A DNA stretch of 64,000 bases from assembly GCA_964035545.1 (NCBI GenBank), contig OZ037771.1, positions 2,863,628 through 2,927,627 of the forward strand, in the 5' to 3' direction. Positions within the stretch are counted from its first letter, which is position 1; the number at the start of each line of letters is the position of its first letter. Both the position numbers and the translations under genes were made by a program. Positions 15,001 through 33,898 of the stretch are shown here, piece after piece. The notes under the pieces are model-generated. The model made no database searches and had not been told where the DNA came from. It saw only the letters and a program-made list of their open reading frames with translations. This DNA comes from Bugula neritina. Its lineage: Eukaryota > Animalia > Bryozoa.

Positions 15001-18000
15001 TCTGGTGCTTTTACAATTTGAAAGGAGGGAATTTGGCTACTGTCATTAAAAGTTTTCTCTACAAAGTATTACATATCGTTTAGGGTGTGATTTTCTAAAT
15101 TCAATTTGAGCTATGAAGTCATATTTTTCTGACTAACAAAGAAATTCGACTACAAATGAACAAGACTTGGTATCAATTGAAAATATTTTCTTTTAAAGAA
15201 TCAAAAGGCAGATTGCAACTTTGTGTGGGGAAAAGTGATTGAAATTTTTTGCACACTACGCATGTAATTCTCTTTTGGTTGCTGTAAAAGCTAAGAAAAG
15301 TCTTTGATTATCGACATAATAACCTGGAGAAGGTTATTGATATAGGATAATACTAGTCCTAGTTTAAATGAACGCTTTAGGTTTTGTATAAATTAAGTTA
15401 TGGCCTCCTTGTATCAACAGTATCACAATATTAACACAAACATACCGACACAATGGATACAAACTTTATTATTCTATGATGAATATTTTTATATTTAGTT
15501 TGTTTCAAATTATATTTCTCTCCCAAATAAAAGACCTTGACTAGCATGATTCAGTGGGAACTTCAATCAACTGCAGCTAAGCTATGATAGACTATGCTTA
15601 GCTGTGGCGATTGATACATAGACTAAGATCTAGTGGCTTATAATGGATTGCAGATCAACGCTTAGCCAACCCACCACTTAGCCAACCCACCACGGGATAC
15701 TGCGGCAGTCTAAAGTTCTTGTGTAATTAAAACAACTGGATGCCGATTGAAGTAAAAACCTTTGGTCAAAGAGTTCCTAGCTCCACCAGATGGAGTACAC
15801 CAATGAGCTGTAAGGGGGGAATGGTAGTACCTACTACACAGGCCCATTATACAGACAATCTCTCACCCTATGCTTAGACCTTTGTAGAGCCACCTATCAA
15901 CAACATCATTGTGAATGTCACTACAGTTTCAACAAGTTCTTCCCAGTAACTTAGTTTTAGAGGTGACTAGCCTTTCATTATGCCTGACAATACCTTTTCT
16001 GGAATTCTGAATAATGCCATATATTATGTAGGTGTCATACATGATTACACTTTTCACTGTACTGAAGTAGTTGCATTTCTACTGCCCTACCAGCATGTAG
16101 CCAACAAACACACTTCTAGTCACCAGTGCACAACTATGGTGAATATTTTCTTAGTCACTCCGAAGCTAAACCACCCAATGGATGTAGATTATCTCAAAAC
16201 TCAGGGGTTCGAAAATTTGATGCAATTAATTTAGTCAAGTCTGTAGGGTTGATATCTTATCTCCACCTAGCTTCAGTTACAGCCCATAGAGCAACACTTG
16301 ATCTCGCAGTTAGTACTCCAAGTAGGCAAGGAATGATTAAGCCTAGTTGGAGTGGGAACCAGAAGTATAGAAATGTACACTTAAGGTGTATAAGTGACCT
16401 AAGCTTAGCAACTGGAGAATGATATGGTAACTATACCATATATTACTAACTTCTGAGATTATACAAAAATAATGACACGTAAAGGGCAGTGTCATTCTAC
16501 ACAGTTCACGAAATTTTGTGACGAAAATCATAATATTTCTCTATCCACCTATGCAGGTAATGTGATTAAGTGGCATTGTCCTTCATTAGTTCATCACTGC
16601 CAACCCACTGAGTCAAAACACCACCCTAGTTCTCTACTACATGTTGTTGGCACTTGGAACTATAATTTAGAATTTAGATGCTGGGATAAAATTCATAAGG
16701 GATGTGAAGAGGAAAAGTATCTTCATAACTAGTCAAATTTGTGAATGTTTCAAATTGATTGCCTACAGGGGACCAATGGAGTTGGCCACAAGGTAAACCA
16801 GATGACCACAAACACAAAAAAGTGTTCACAGAATATTGGTTTAAGGGTGATAACAAACCTTGAAGTGCTGTAAAGCACTGAGTGCTCTATCATATCCTTC
16901 ACTGGAGTAGACGCAGAGAGCCGATAGTAACTCTATAACTTGCTTTTTTACTACAGTGTTAGTTGTGTCCAGAGCTATAAGCAATAATACAACACGTTAT
17001 TGTACAATGCAATAAAATAAATACTCATTATTTAAAATTTTAAACACACTGCTCTTAGGTATAATGAACATGTCAAGTAAGATATGTAACTAAACTAGTT
17101 AAACCAACCAGTAAACTTTTGGCAAGAGTTGGTGACAAAGAGTTATATTTTGAACATAATACTAGATGCAAGACTTGGAAAATAAAAAAATTGATAATTT
17201 TATGGCAAATGTCTTGCATAGCTTGTTTATTGATATTTCACAGCCTTTTTCCCAAGCAAGAATAACTTTTTCTCGTTATCCATGCATAACTACATAGCTG
17301 CTGTGTAGTGAGCAGCCCCATGTGGAGCAATTATCAGGATACAGGCTGTGAAAATGATACTGGAGTCATGAAAATGTGGACATTTGGAGCCTCGATGAAT
17401 GTGAATGTAATGAGGCTGAAAACTGCAGTTTCTTCTCATAACACCTAAGAGAATTTTGCCAAATGGCATTTTGTAGGTTGCCGCCAGTGCCAGTTATGTT
17501 AAGCAAGAAAGTATGGTTAATTGAGCAAAATATAAAACAATCTTCAGCACGATTGATTCCATTGTGAATAAAGCATTTGCATAGACATGAGGACTAAATG
17601 ATTATGTTATTAATAAATGAATTATAAATTTATTTGAACTGAATCAACCATAGTAAACAATGAATGCACTGCACTATCAAGACTATTGTTCAGTTCTCAT
17701 TGACATTCACAACTTTTTACAAGAAAATTCAGGGCAGAACACATCTTAGTCCATGATTTTGTTATTTTATTTGTGGTTGTTGATTAAACTGTAAGTTGAG
17801 AAAACTAAAACATCTGTACTATATATGGTTACTATGACAGATTTTAGCAAAATTCTGGGATTTCAAATTTTGCTGAGGTACAAAAACAACATGACTGTCT
17901 GATGAGCTATTTTCGCATTATTAACCTCATTTGATGTGAAGTTTAATGGGTATATATTACATATTTAGCTACTACCACAGTACTGAATGGTCAATTGGGT

Positions 18001-20075
18001 TTGATTAGCTGAGTGAAATACCCTTCTCACAGCTAAAAGAGGCCCTATTAATGTTTTCTCTCCCTTATCAGCCCAGTCAAGTAGCCAGGGCTTCGCTAAA
18101 CTCAAGTTTCATGCCAGTTCACACTGAATCAGATGGTATGTTTACCAAACAGTGGATGGCTGTGAATGTAAGTTTACTGTAATTAGCATAAGCCAAGCCT
18201 AAGAGTTATCAACATTATACTTAGCTAGGTGATGCTGAGAATAAGGCAGTTGTCTTCCAACTGATATCTGACACTCCACATAATAGTACTGAGTCTTTGT
18301 GTAAATAGATTTGAAAAAATGTTGACCTCTTTGTTGATAGCATAGTTCATTTTACTATTTCAACATTGCTGTAACTGTTGAAAGTTGGAAGGGATTACAG
18401 TTTTAGTAAAGTTCGAAGCAGGTTTCAAATATTACATTCTAACCGTATTGTGTTAATTTGTTGCAATTTTATGTGTTAAATGCTGCTTTCAGTGGCAAAA
18501 CTGTATTGGAGTATATGCATAGATGCACGAAAGGGAGAAAGGCTACACTGCCACAATTGTTCAAAATTTATGCAGGAAAAAAGTTTAACCTAAACAACAA
18601 ATTTAAATGAACACCCAGGGATGCATGAAATATGAGGGCCAGTCATGTCTATTTAAATTTAGAAAGGCACATAATTAATAAGGTGACTCAATTCTACATG
18701 CAGCAAGATATTTCCAATACAGCTACTCTTATAATGTGCTTATAATGATGTGCCGTATCCATAGCTACAAGGTAACATCCCTATGCATGTAATAGAAATA
18801 GTATATACCTGAGAAATAAGTAATATCCAGGTATTGAAAGGAAAACTTAGAATCAACACTGCGAGGATTTCGATTTCTCAGTGAAAATATTATAAATGCA
18901 TTTATCAGACTATGAGCCGGCAAAGCTTACATTATAAAGTTATTTAGCTACTTGTTACTTCTTATTGTATGAAGATGAAGGTTTACTGTATTGCATTGAA
19001 TATAATTTTAACAAACATTTTAATTTCTCCAGCATATTAAAAGCTTTAAAAACTAACTGAATTGGTTCCATATATAATAACTATAAGAAACTAAGAAGCA
19101 AATAACACCACTGTTACTTTTTTAATTTAAGTGAATTTTGTAGCAGTTTTTATGCAGTTTTTATGTGAAAGCTCAAGCCAGGGATCAGCATTATTAACAT
19201 AATTTGTAATGTGCCCTGCACTGTGTCTTCTTGTTGACAGCTCTAACTAACTTGATACAAATTGTTTATTAGCTTAATTGGCAGCTGTAAACAGTAAATT
19301 AATCTTGTATATTTTAAATATAAGCTGTAATTTCTTCATGTAGAAAGATAGGCTTCATTCAAATTAAGATAACTAATAGCAATAAACTGTTTACAAACTG
19401 ATAGCATCCAACTGACATTGTTACCACAATGTTTTAAAAGATCACATTGATGGTTATTTTACAAGCAAAGTTGTGTTGTTCTTTTTTTTTCTAAAAACCA
19501 CAACATAACAAGACTTTATCAAGCTATAACCTCATCAGCCACCAGAAAATGAATGACAGGATGTGACAAAGGTTGTTAATTACCATCTCAAAACAGTTCT
19601 TGCAATAATTAGTCTCCCCTATTGTTTTAGTTATACCTTTACTATTTGCAAAACATCCAAGTACAGTTAATCCTATTCTTTGGCTATATGCAAACACTGC
19701 TTTTTGAAATTTGCAGCTTTATATATTTACAATCTTTCTTTTCTTTTGTTTAAATTCATCAGCTTAAGAAATGGTCCAAAACTTCCCAGCATTTGAAAAT
19801 ATCATCAAGGCTAATTGGCATTTAATTCGGACTGGATATCAGTGGGAGACGCTGTGTTCCATTTCAAATTTAATGTTAGGTAAATACAGCTGCTGGCAAA
19901 ACTATGTACTAGTGGTTAGAGCAAAGAGATCTGCAGGCTAATAATTCAGACTGCAGTAGATTTAATTTACTAAGGCAATTAAATTTTAGCCTGGGGTCTT
20001 GTTCTTACCAGTTGCTAACTTTTGGGTAAATTCTTTATTCTCTATGATATAGTCTAATCCAGTTTGAGAATTCAT
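35..20075 (-). CDS. INF2: Inverted formin-2-like protein (partial DID, DD, FH1, FH2); 3' end continues off the left edge of the window
   Basis: Phase-consistent GT-AG exons: 20075-20009, 16974-16859, 14782-14623, 12086-12053, 6103-5947, 2798-2118, 1873-1709, 1535-1450, 1304-1133, 794-616, 286-35. Translation gives [65 protein letters not shown], a poly-Pro FH1, [16 protein letters not shown] and [38 protein letters not shown]. These match INF2-family DID/FH2 motifs as recalled. The start codon is uncertain. Confidence 0.93.
331..530. mobile_element. Possible degenerate Tc1/mariner-pogo-like MITE in an INF2 intron
   Basis: Begins TA|CAGTG. Perfect 13-bp inverted pair TCTCCATATCTCA (337-349) / TGAGATATGGAGA (512-524). 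Internal inverted pair ATCCGTGA/TCACGGAT. The right terminus is degraded and has no clear second TA. Confidence 0.45.
1281..1379. repeat. 44-bp tandem duplication (~2.2 copies) spanning an INF2 3' splice site
   Basis: ATGATCTCTACTCTCAGTTT(A/G)TAACTGTAATTAACATCAACACA at 1281 and 1325, partial copy at 1369. Confidence 0.92.
3529..3685. repeat. Degenerate ~23-bp minisatellite (CTAGTAGTGTATAACTAGTAA)
   Basis: Several visible copies in an INF2 intron. Confidence 0.8.
4360..4535. repeat. Degenerate ~22-bp minisatellite (ACAATCTAACACAATGTTCACT-like)
   Basis: About 8 diverged copies. Confidence 0.75.
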
Positions 20076-23000
20076 GGTGAGATGAATTTAATCCCTGCCC
20101 TTGGGGCGATGAAATGTTAATATAATCCTAAATAGCCTCTTCACTGGAGATGTCCATTCAGCATGAGCACTACAACACAGTATACCCATATCTAGAATGC
20201 CATGTAAAGATCTAGAAACACTGCATTATTCAGAGCATTAATAATAGGTGCAGCGGTGGCAGGTTTAAGTAATGTTTCAACTTTAATGTAGGAGGTTATA
20301 GCAGAAATTTAAATGAATCACCTGGGCAACAGTATGCGTAGTTAGCTTAAAGCATTAAGAACTTAGTATACTGATAGTCTGAGTATACCAATGATATGTA
20401 TGATTACCATGACGCCATTGTTTTGAACAGGTTCTATATGTCATTAAACTTCTTGATGAGTCACCAGTGTAAACCAAACTCAAGGAGAAAAGTTTTAATA
20501 GACTGGAAGAAAAAGTTGGGTAAATTTAAAATCTAACACCAACAGCCAACCCATTAGGTTTACAATTGAGGAAATAATCCTATACTTGAATTTTTACAGA
20601 ATAAGCTTGGCTGAAGGGAACTAGACTTAATAAATTATACCCTGAAACGCCATACTAGGATTACAGTTTCACACACTACCTCACTTTTCTAAGAGGCCTA
20701 TAAATTACTCTGAGACAGTATTAGTTTATTGTAGAAGGTAAAGGCGATTATGGTAATTGAGGACAGTAAAGGAAATATTATTCCTCTATTTCACAGCCTC
20801 ACCCAAGTATTACCAGACTACTCGCACTCCAACCACTTAACCGTCTCAGTACAGAAATGGGTCAGTCTAGTTGGAAAAGTTTTCATATGTTTACATTAAT
20901 TCTAGATGATGGCTTTATGGCTCTAGATTGATGAAATGATTATCATTATCAGATATTTCAACAGCTTAAATGCAGTTGATTGTTGGTGTATCCAAAGGTT
21001 CCGAGGAATTCAGATTGTAAACTTTGTAGTCTTTCATTAACTTTATATCTACCCGATTTTCCATTTTATTTAACTTAGGGCTTCTAATTATGAATCTTTC
21101 ACCTCAAAATAATGCTAACTTTAAAATGATGATTACATGGTAGAATTTAAAGTGAAGGGTTTATAGATTGCTTGAGATAGTCACAAACTAGAACAGTTAG
21201 AAAGATGGCAGTGTTAGCATTTCAGAGAAATTAGGCAATGCCATGATTGATGTTCAGATATAATTACATATGCATTTATATGCGATATTGGTACTAATCT
21301 GGAGGGTTATGTATAGTAAAAGCATGACAACATCCATATTTCTAACACATAATAATTTAACATGCTTTTGCTCGAAATACATTGAGGAGAGTCTAAAAAA
21401 CAATATTCTAGAAAGGCAAATAAAACTAATTAAATTATAACCATAGCCTAAGAGTAAGTACAGATCATGTGACCCAGTGGAATTTGTACCAGTCACAAAG
21501 TTGTAGACCATTTTAACGCCAATATTTGTAGCATGAAAATTGTCTGTATGAAAGGAAATAATTATTAAGTTAAACCCAATGCATTCGTATTGATATGTTC
21601 ATACCACCCATTGATCATTCAATGGCAAACAACTGTTTCACTTTTTGGTTCATACTGAATTTGATATAATTATAATTACTATAAACTTAAAGAATCCCTA
21701 AACCAACATGACAATTTTAAAAATAAAAAATGAGTGCTTAAAATCTTTAAATACCTTACTAAGAGTAAGTCAGTATGAGTATCATCTGCTGAACTTGTGA
21801 AGTCTTTAGCCAAAACAATTAGATTTAGTATAACTATAACTGTAAGACTAAGTATTAAAGCACTTATTTAAAATATAGCAACATGGCTACTAACCTAGAA
21901 CAATATTTTACTTACCTAGTGCCTGCAGCATTCTATGTATAATGTAAGTATTCTTTACTTGACTCTATAAGCTGGCTCTAAGCTTGACTATCGATGAACA
22001 ATCAACAGGTTACATGAATAATATTGTTACAATTCAATTTTGTACGGTTGAATAAACGTCTATTACGAGGGTGCGTAGTACACTTGAACAGTGGCTATTC
22101 ATGCTTTGGCCAATCACGATGCCACGATACACTGCACTAAACGCCTCAACCGCATGTCCTGTGTTGAGAGGCAGGGTAGGATTTGAGATGATAAAAAGAA
22201 GACAACTTCTTTATTTTTGAACAACAGTTATTAAAAAAAAATTATTTATATACGCATTACGCTAGTAGCTACAAATAGAAAAAAGAAAGCTTAAATTTTT
22301 CTTCTCATTATTATTTTGGATACAGATAAGAAGCAATTTTCATAATCAACCAAATGAGTATATTGTCCAATTTGACAAACTAAAAAATTGTCAATTATAA
22401 CTTATATAAGTGGCTTTGACATTACTTTCTCTGTGCAGTAGTGGAGTGGAGCCTAGCTATTTCAATTATATGGCATGCACATTGGGACTGTCATGATGAT
22501 TTATATACCTATAAAGAGACTTTGAATTTAAAAATATATTTTCATAATGCTTTATGCCAAATCAGCTAATATACAATACACTTGTTTAGTTAAATTAGTA
22601 TTGTTTAAGAACCATGATCTGGTATCTTAAACAATTGTATAGTAACTTATCAGACCTAAGACATTGTAAAATTATAAAATGCTAAAAATACTAAAAGGTG
22701 AGTTATCATCATATTAAAGCCAGAGCTTCTGATGTAGTTTATAATGACTAATTAATACATTTGAATCATTGACATAACTACATGTTGTAAATGACTTGAA
22801 ATAAATCTTTGCTGAATCATGACTAAAGGTAAAGCATAGTGGTGCTGGATTTCCATGGTAAGGTAAGCTAGCACCAGCAATAAAATTGAAGTCTAGCAAC
22901 AATAATCACTTGTCAGTTAAGTTTTTGAATAGTCTATTAACACAGGTAATGTTATATTATCACTGTGAGTATCACCTCAAGTATCAGAGAGTCATTGACT

Positions 23001-24347
23001 CACTTTCTACATTCAAATTGTTAGTCACTAGTGCAATAAAAAGTAGATGCATGTTGATCACTTGATTTTCATATATTATTCTTATACTTATTACTTATCA
23101 GCTATTATTACTATTAGTATTACATACTATAATTTATATACTTATAGTTATATGGTTATATCTATAATTTATTGGTTTTAGTGTTTATATAGCGATTTGA
23201 TTTTATTTTTTTACACTTTAAATTACCATTATGATTATAAAGTGATGATGATTATGATTATCATTATGCTGTAGAACTAGAGCTAGATGTAGCTTATTTA
23301 ATTCTATATTATTCATTATGTTTAACCATAATCATAATGTTTTTAATTGTTGAAAAACTGCTTTCAGCCTTAATAGCTATTTATAATTTGTATAAAGTTC
23401 CTAGCCTTGAGCATGATTATTTAAATAGTTATAAATATGAGTGTAAACATAACTAAAACAAAAATTTAATTCATGATCAAGACGACTGCTAAGTGTGCAA
23501 TTATAGTCTCAAAACTTAAGAACACAAACTTCCCAATACTTTAGTTTGTATACAGTATAGTGCAACTACAATTACATGAAAAACATTATTAATACTTTAT
23601 TTAAATTTCTATTTACCACAGTGCAGTTATTTTGTATTTATAATAATAATATAATAATACAATCTTTATTTTCAAGCATCATACTGTATTTATATAATAA
23701 TATTATATGTACCTTATAATATTAAAAGAAACAAAAACAAAAAAAACTGTTATACAAATATACTGTAGATTGTATTTTTTTTTTATACATTCGAAAATAT
23801 TAACTTTCATCTTTGCCTGCAAATAGAGGTATTTTCTTTTTTTCTTGTATTATTTTATCAATAAAGAGTTCATCATCATCATCACTGAACTCAGATTATC
23901 CAGTTCAATGATACTAACTGTAGTGGAACTAGCTGTGGCTGTTGTACTTGTAATCACAGGCAAGTTAAAAAAAGACCCTGTAAAAATCTAGATTAGAAAA
24001 TTCACAAGAGAAGTTATGCTCTCGCGTAATATTCAGCTGCATGTACCTCAAATTAACATAAATCAAAACTTTGAAAAATGAAAAACAATAAACTTTTTTG
24101 TTTCATCAAATGTTATAAAAAACAAACGTCATAAATAAAAAATTGATTTAATGTAAAAAGTTATTTTTATAAATATGTACTGTTTTAACTGGCCTTGAGG
24201 TTGTTCAGTTACACCTGTGTTTCCGATTCCACCACGGGTTATCATAGGTAAATGTGACTAAAACTTAATCTTAGACTTATGGTATAATTCTTATTCATAA
24301 GAATTGTCCGAAAAGTAGCCCATCACTGACACAAAAAGATTTAAGCA

Positions 24348-25315
24348 ATGGACAGCGTTTATCACGATGAAGTAGAAATAGAAGATTTTGAATATGACGA
24401 AGATGAAGAAATGTACTATTATCCTTGTCCGTGCGGTGACAAATTCGAAATATCAAAAGTAGGGCTAAGTCTGTCATTGTCAATCATGGTGATTAATTTA
24501 AACTGACACTAGAATGACGCTAAAGTGGAATTACAAGCTGTTTAGTATTGGTATTACTCAAGTGTATTGTTGAGACTTAAAAGTAAGAGTACATCGAAAC
24601 TATAATACTAAAACTAATACTAATACTAATAGTAATAGAGTAATACTAGTAATACTAGTACTTTACTAGTAATACTAATAGTAATACTTATAGTAATTGT
24701 TATACTTATAGTTATACTGTTACTTACAATATTATTAGTTATACTAATACTTGTAGTTATAGACTATAGTAATAATTATACTTATAGTCTGAGTAAGAGT
24801 TTTTGTAAGTGTATAACTACAAGTTTTAGTTATACACTCATGAACGTTGCTACTCATTCAAACTCTATTTGTTTAGAACATATCTGTAAAACTAAATTAT
24901 ACTAATACTTAGACCAGCTATGCGAGTGTGTTTGCAATGAATGAAATTTAATATGGGATTGTAGAAGAGCTCATTAGTCATTGATAATAACCGTAGTGCA
25001 AGCTGTTTTTTTTGTGTTACCATGCTTACTTGTTTTTACAGGAAGATCTGCTAAATGGTGAAGAAGTAGCCACATGTCCAAGTTGTTCGCTAATTATCAA
25101 AGTGATTTATAATCCAGTACGATTTTTTGCTATGTTTAACAACCACTTCTTCCCTTAATGAAATCAGTTAATTAAAATATTTTAATTTCCTCTCCCTGAA
25201 AGTACCTTTTGTGTAATACTATTTTTATCTATTTACATTTATCTGCTCATCTTTGCAGGAGGATTTTCAAAAAGAAGAAAATCAGACAGCCAGAATGCTA
25301 TTAGCGAAGGCATGA
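24348..25315 (+). CDS. DPH3: Diphthamide biosynthesis protein 3 (CSL zinc finger), 80 aa
   Basis: Exons 24348-24458, 25042-25116, 25259-25315, all phase 0, GT-AG. Protein [60 protein letters not shown] carries the CPCG...CPSCSL motif. AATAAA near 25458-25467. Missed by the ORF track because the exons are short. Confidence 0.97.
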
Positions 25316-25580
25316 TTGTGACTATGTTCTAGTCTATCTGTTGAATTTAATTGTATATTTTGATACTTTTTCTTCTGACTTCACTGTGTACATATATATG
25401 CATATATATTTTATTTTTTTATAAGTAAATTGTACAACTCAATATGCTGTATTTTATAAATAAATAAAACTATCTTGCTACGCCTTTATAATCTACTAAC
25501 ATGTCATAATTAAACCACTGCTTGACATTTTTAGTACCATGACAATTTCCTGTACACCGATATAAATAACATCAATTGAA

Positions 25581-30251
<4,671 letters not shown>

Positions 30252-31365
30252 CTTGCAAACAAAATCTGAAGCCTAAAATCCTAGCCACACTCAACTTTTA
30301 CGAAGTTTTATACCTGCTGAAGTTCTATTAAAGCGCTGTGGCGGTTTATTTTATGGAAATACAACTCCCACAAATACACATAAATCGTTGTTGATGATAA
30401 TAATATAATAATATTTGTTATTTTTTGTTCAGCTTACAATTTAGTCATTACGCAACCATAAGCATGTTTTAATTAGTCGTAAACTTACATGAGATTATCA
30501 TGTCATTTGATCGTGCAAAAATAACTACCTTATTTGTGTATTATCAGCTGTAAGTCTTAAAACTAAGTTGTGGAAACTAATGAAACTGTTATTTCCAACA
30601 GCTTTTGCAGCAAAATCAAATAATATATCAAATATCAATATAATCAAATATAATTAAATATAATAGAATTAAATTATGCACTTCTTTGTTTACCTCTTTA
30701 AAGTTTTGTTATAGAATATTATTGTACTTATAATTGCAATCAGTTCATTAAACTAATAATTGGAATTAAATGCTAATGCATTGCATGCATAAAATCATAA
30801 AAATATTGCTATAATCGTAACGCATTACCTGTTACTTAATGCTTTATAGATAGAAAGAAAACCTACTTAATATTGGTAGAATAGATAAACACTAATTAAT
30901 AGTAAACGGGTATAAGACACCAAATGTTGATTTTGAAAAATAAACATGGGACATGTACAATAATATCTCTAATTTTTAATTAATGCAACCTATTATGTAA
31001 CATTAGACATGCATATAGTTGGTTAAATCTTAACTAATTTACACTTTCTTTGTTATGAAATAAAATGTGTCATATCACTTTGGCCAATCAAACGTTACCA
31101 TGAAATTTGCTAAACATAAAAAGGCTAACTGGTTGAAATATATCTCCAAAGATTAGCAAACGAAAAATCACACCGAAGGTGTAGCAAATGCTTGACTCGC
31201 TATATGCTATGCATAGCTACTAATTACTTGAAGTTTATCGACATTTACTTCACTAATGATTATGTAACAGCATCTTAGAGGCGCTTTATAATGGTATGAA
31301 TTCTGTGAGGGTGGGGGGGGTTGCAAGAACTGCTTACTACTAGCTGTAATTAGCTAGCTTTCCGC

Positions 31366-31410
31366 CTGTCTGTTTGTCTGTCTGTTTGTCTGTCTGTTTG
31401 TCTGTCTGTT
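31366..31410. repeat. (TGTC/TGTT)n microsatellite
   Basis: Direct inspection. Confidence 0.9.
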
Positions 31411-33898
31411 TTTCAGGCTGCTCCAACTAGCTGAGCAGTTTGTCAACAAAGTTCTGTTTCTGTGCCAATTAGTTTCAATAGAAACGTCTCTATGTTGACA
31501 GACTATTATTGGCTGATAGGCTACCTTTCACCATTGCTCAACTTTCCAATAACAAAAAATTTGATTATATCAGGTGCTAACACTTAGAACAACATTTCAG
31601 CCTTGTTTATTGTAGTCATCACTACAATAAAATGTATGCATTTTGAGGCTCATTGGTCTGAAAGTGTATGTATACACTCTTTGGTCTTATACCTAGAAGC
31701 AAAAGAGCATAGTAATAAACTTTCTACATAAATCCAAAGTGTTTTCTTGTGAGCTCTAAGTGAAGGAAAATAAAAGTTAGATGCTTAAAGATGCTTAATA
31801 GAGTTCTTACAACCTATGAAAGTGTTTATAAGCCAGCATTGTTGTGCTTCATTAGCTAACATCTCCTTGTGGTTATTATGCATATTATATAGCTGGTATT
31901 CACGCCTGCGCAGCTAAACGAATAGACTGGACACAAATAATCAATAATCCTAACCTACGTGACTGAATTGAAGCCAGTCATGACTACGCCAGCAGTTATG
32001 CTATAGAGTAAACATGCCGGAAACTTCTAGGCTACACTTGATAGAGTGTGCATGCTATATCAGTTGTGTGGAGCACATCTGAGACACCGCTAGCTTGTAG
32101 ACTACAGGATACACCGCACTGCTACTGAAGTGGATTTCTGTTGTGTAGAGGTAAGGAGGTTATAGTAAATATTGTTATTGGTGGCATATCTCTAACGTGT
32201 ACTGCAACTTTGCATTTGTTCTTACAATATAAGGGTATGTGATTTTGATAGCGTTTTAATTCGGTATAACACTGTGAGGTTTCTCTGTAGCCTGTATGTT
32301 GCATGGAATAAGAGTAGGCTAAATGCTATTTTACAGCTTAGTTATACTTTTGGAAGAAACTGCACTGTTTTATAACTACGTATCTCTTATCACAACTTTT
32401 TTTAAAATTTGGTTTTATGAGTTATTTATGCTGCTACAGAGTAATTTGTTAAAACCTGCAGACTAGTGTGTATAATAAATGGCGCATGAAATTGTAGATC
32501 AAATCGACCTTGCAGATATCCTGCAGCTTTAGTAGCAAGCTAAAGTTAACAAAATTCAAAATATGCTTTTTTATAAAAGTATTACCTGATTGATCAACAC
32601 AGATAAACTACACACCAGGAAAGAATAAAATTTAGTATTTTTCTATAATTGCAATTGGTTTATTGTTTATATTTTGCTACCTACTTTCAAACCATTTCTA
32701 AATGCAATCCAATCATAGATATGTCCTAAACAAACCAGATTACTCTACTTTATTGTCTTGAAAAAGTATAGTGGTATGAACAAGGAAGTCCCAATATTAA
32801 ACTATCATGATTTGCCCTCTCCTAGTAATCAAGTTTCTTATTGCATAACTGTTGAGTGTCTCAGAAAAAGGTTTGCTATAATATTATTAGTATCCTAGTC
32901 AATGCTTTCAAATATTTTTGTCATGAATTGCACAGAGTGTTTTCCATCAGTCACCAAAATTACCCTGTTGAATGGCTGTATTGAAAACAAAAACAAGATG
33001 ACTGAATAAAAAGAAATGGAAATTTACTAGGATATGGTGTGTGCTGATGAAATTAGAATATATATTGCTATAGTTCTAAACCACTGAACACACTGCACTA
33101 GAATGTAGTTCCTCATAACATTCTAGCTTTTATGTGATGGGTTGCACCTGTAGCTAACATATAATATAATATCACATATTAATTATATAAGCCGATTTCT
33201 TAGTTATTACATAACTTATAAACTGTCTATATAGTAAAGTGTGGACTTCGTTTATTGATTTATTTATACAGGTTGCACTACAACTATAATAATTATAAAA
33301 TGCTGTAGATGTAATGTTAGCCTAGTAAAAACTGTTAGTAAAATATATATTTTCTATTTGTTCAGACACACTCCGTCATAAAGGTTGTAGTTCTTGATCG
33401 TACTAAATAGAACAGATATATAACAGATGATATCATATGCATGTGATATTTGCTAGCTTTAGCACAAAAACTAACTATAAACAAAGAACAGAAAAAAAAT
33501 GAGTAAAATTTTTAGCTTTGCTGTTTTTGACAAGTCAAGATTGAAAATTATGATTCTGGAACAAAAGGTTCTTCGTGATCCTTGAATCGAATTGATTATA
33601 ATTTTGCCTAATTGAATTTTAAACAAAAAAGCAAGTTTTACATAGAAAGGAAAAACATTGTATCACCTCTTTGCTGTAAATGATAGGATATCTCTAACTG
33701 TTCAAAGTCTACACCGCAAGTTCACTTTCTGTATTTTATCTGCTTTGGTCAACCTGATTCTAGACCATTGATAGATATACTCGGTCTACACAGAACTGAC
33801 CTGTTATATAACAGTAGAACTATGATCTCTAGTAACCGTGAACGTCTGCGATGTCTCACTGTATCTTGTAGAAATAGTAACAAGCCAAAAGGACAGAC

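Noticed and set aside
20076-20115. Alternative-frame IKFI just upstream of the INF2 MNS, suggesting a frameshifted continuation of the DID
   Set aside because: The further upstream residues (HFIAPRAG, then a stop) show no resemblance to the expected DID helix. Likely chance.
22840-22895. TAGCACCA (miR-29 family seed) in a short stem-loop with TGGTGCTGG
   Set aside because: Pairing stops after about 9 bp, and the flanks do not form a pre-miRNA-length hairpin.
23850-24245. Possible small two-exon minus-strand ORF (MITRGGIGNTG-SFFNLPVITSTT...) divergent from DPH3
   Set aside because: Short, low complexity, weak donor and no recognisable homology. It could be UTR or noise.
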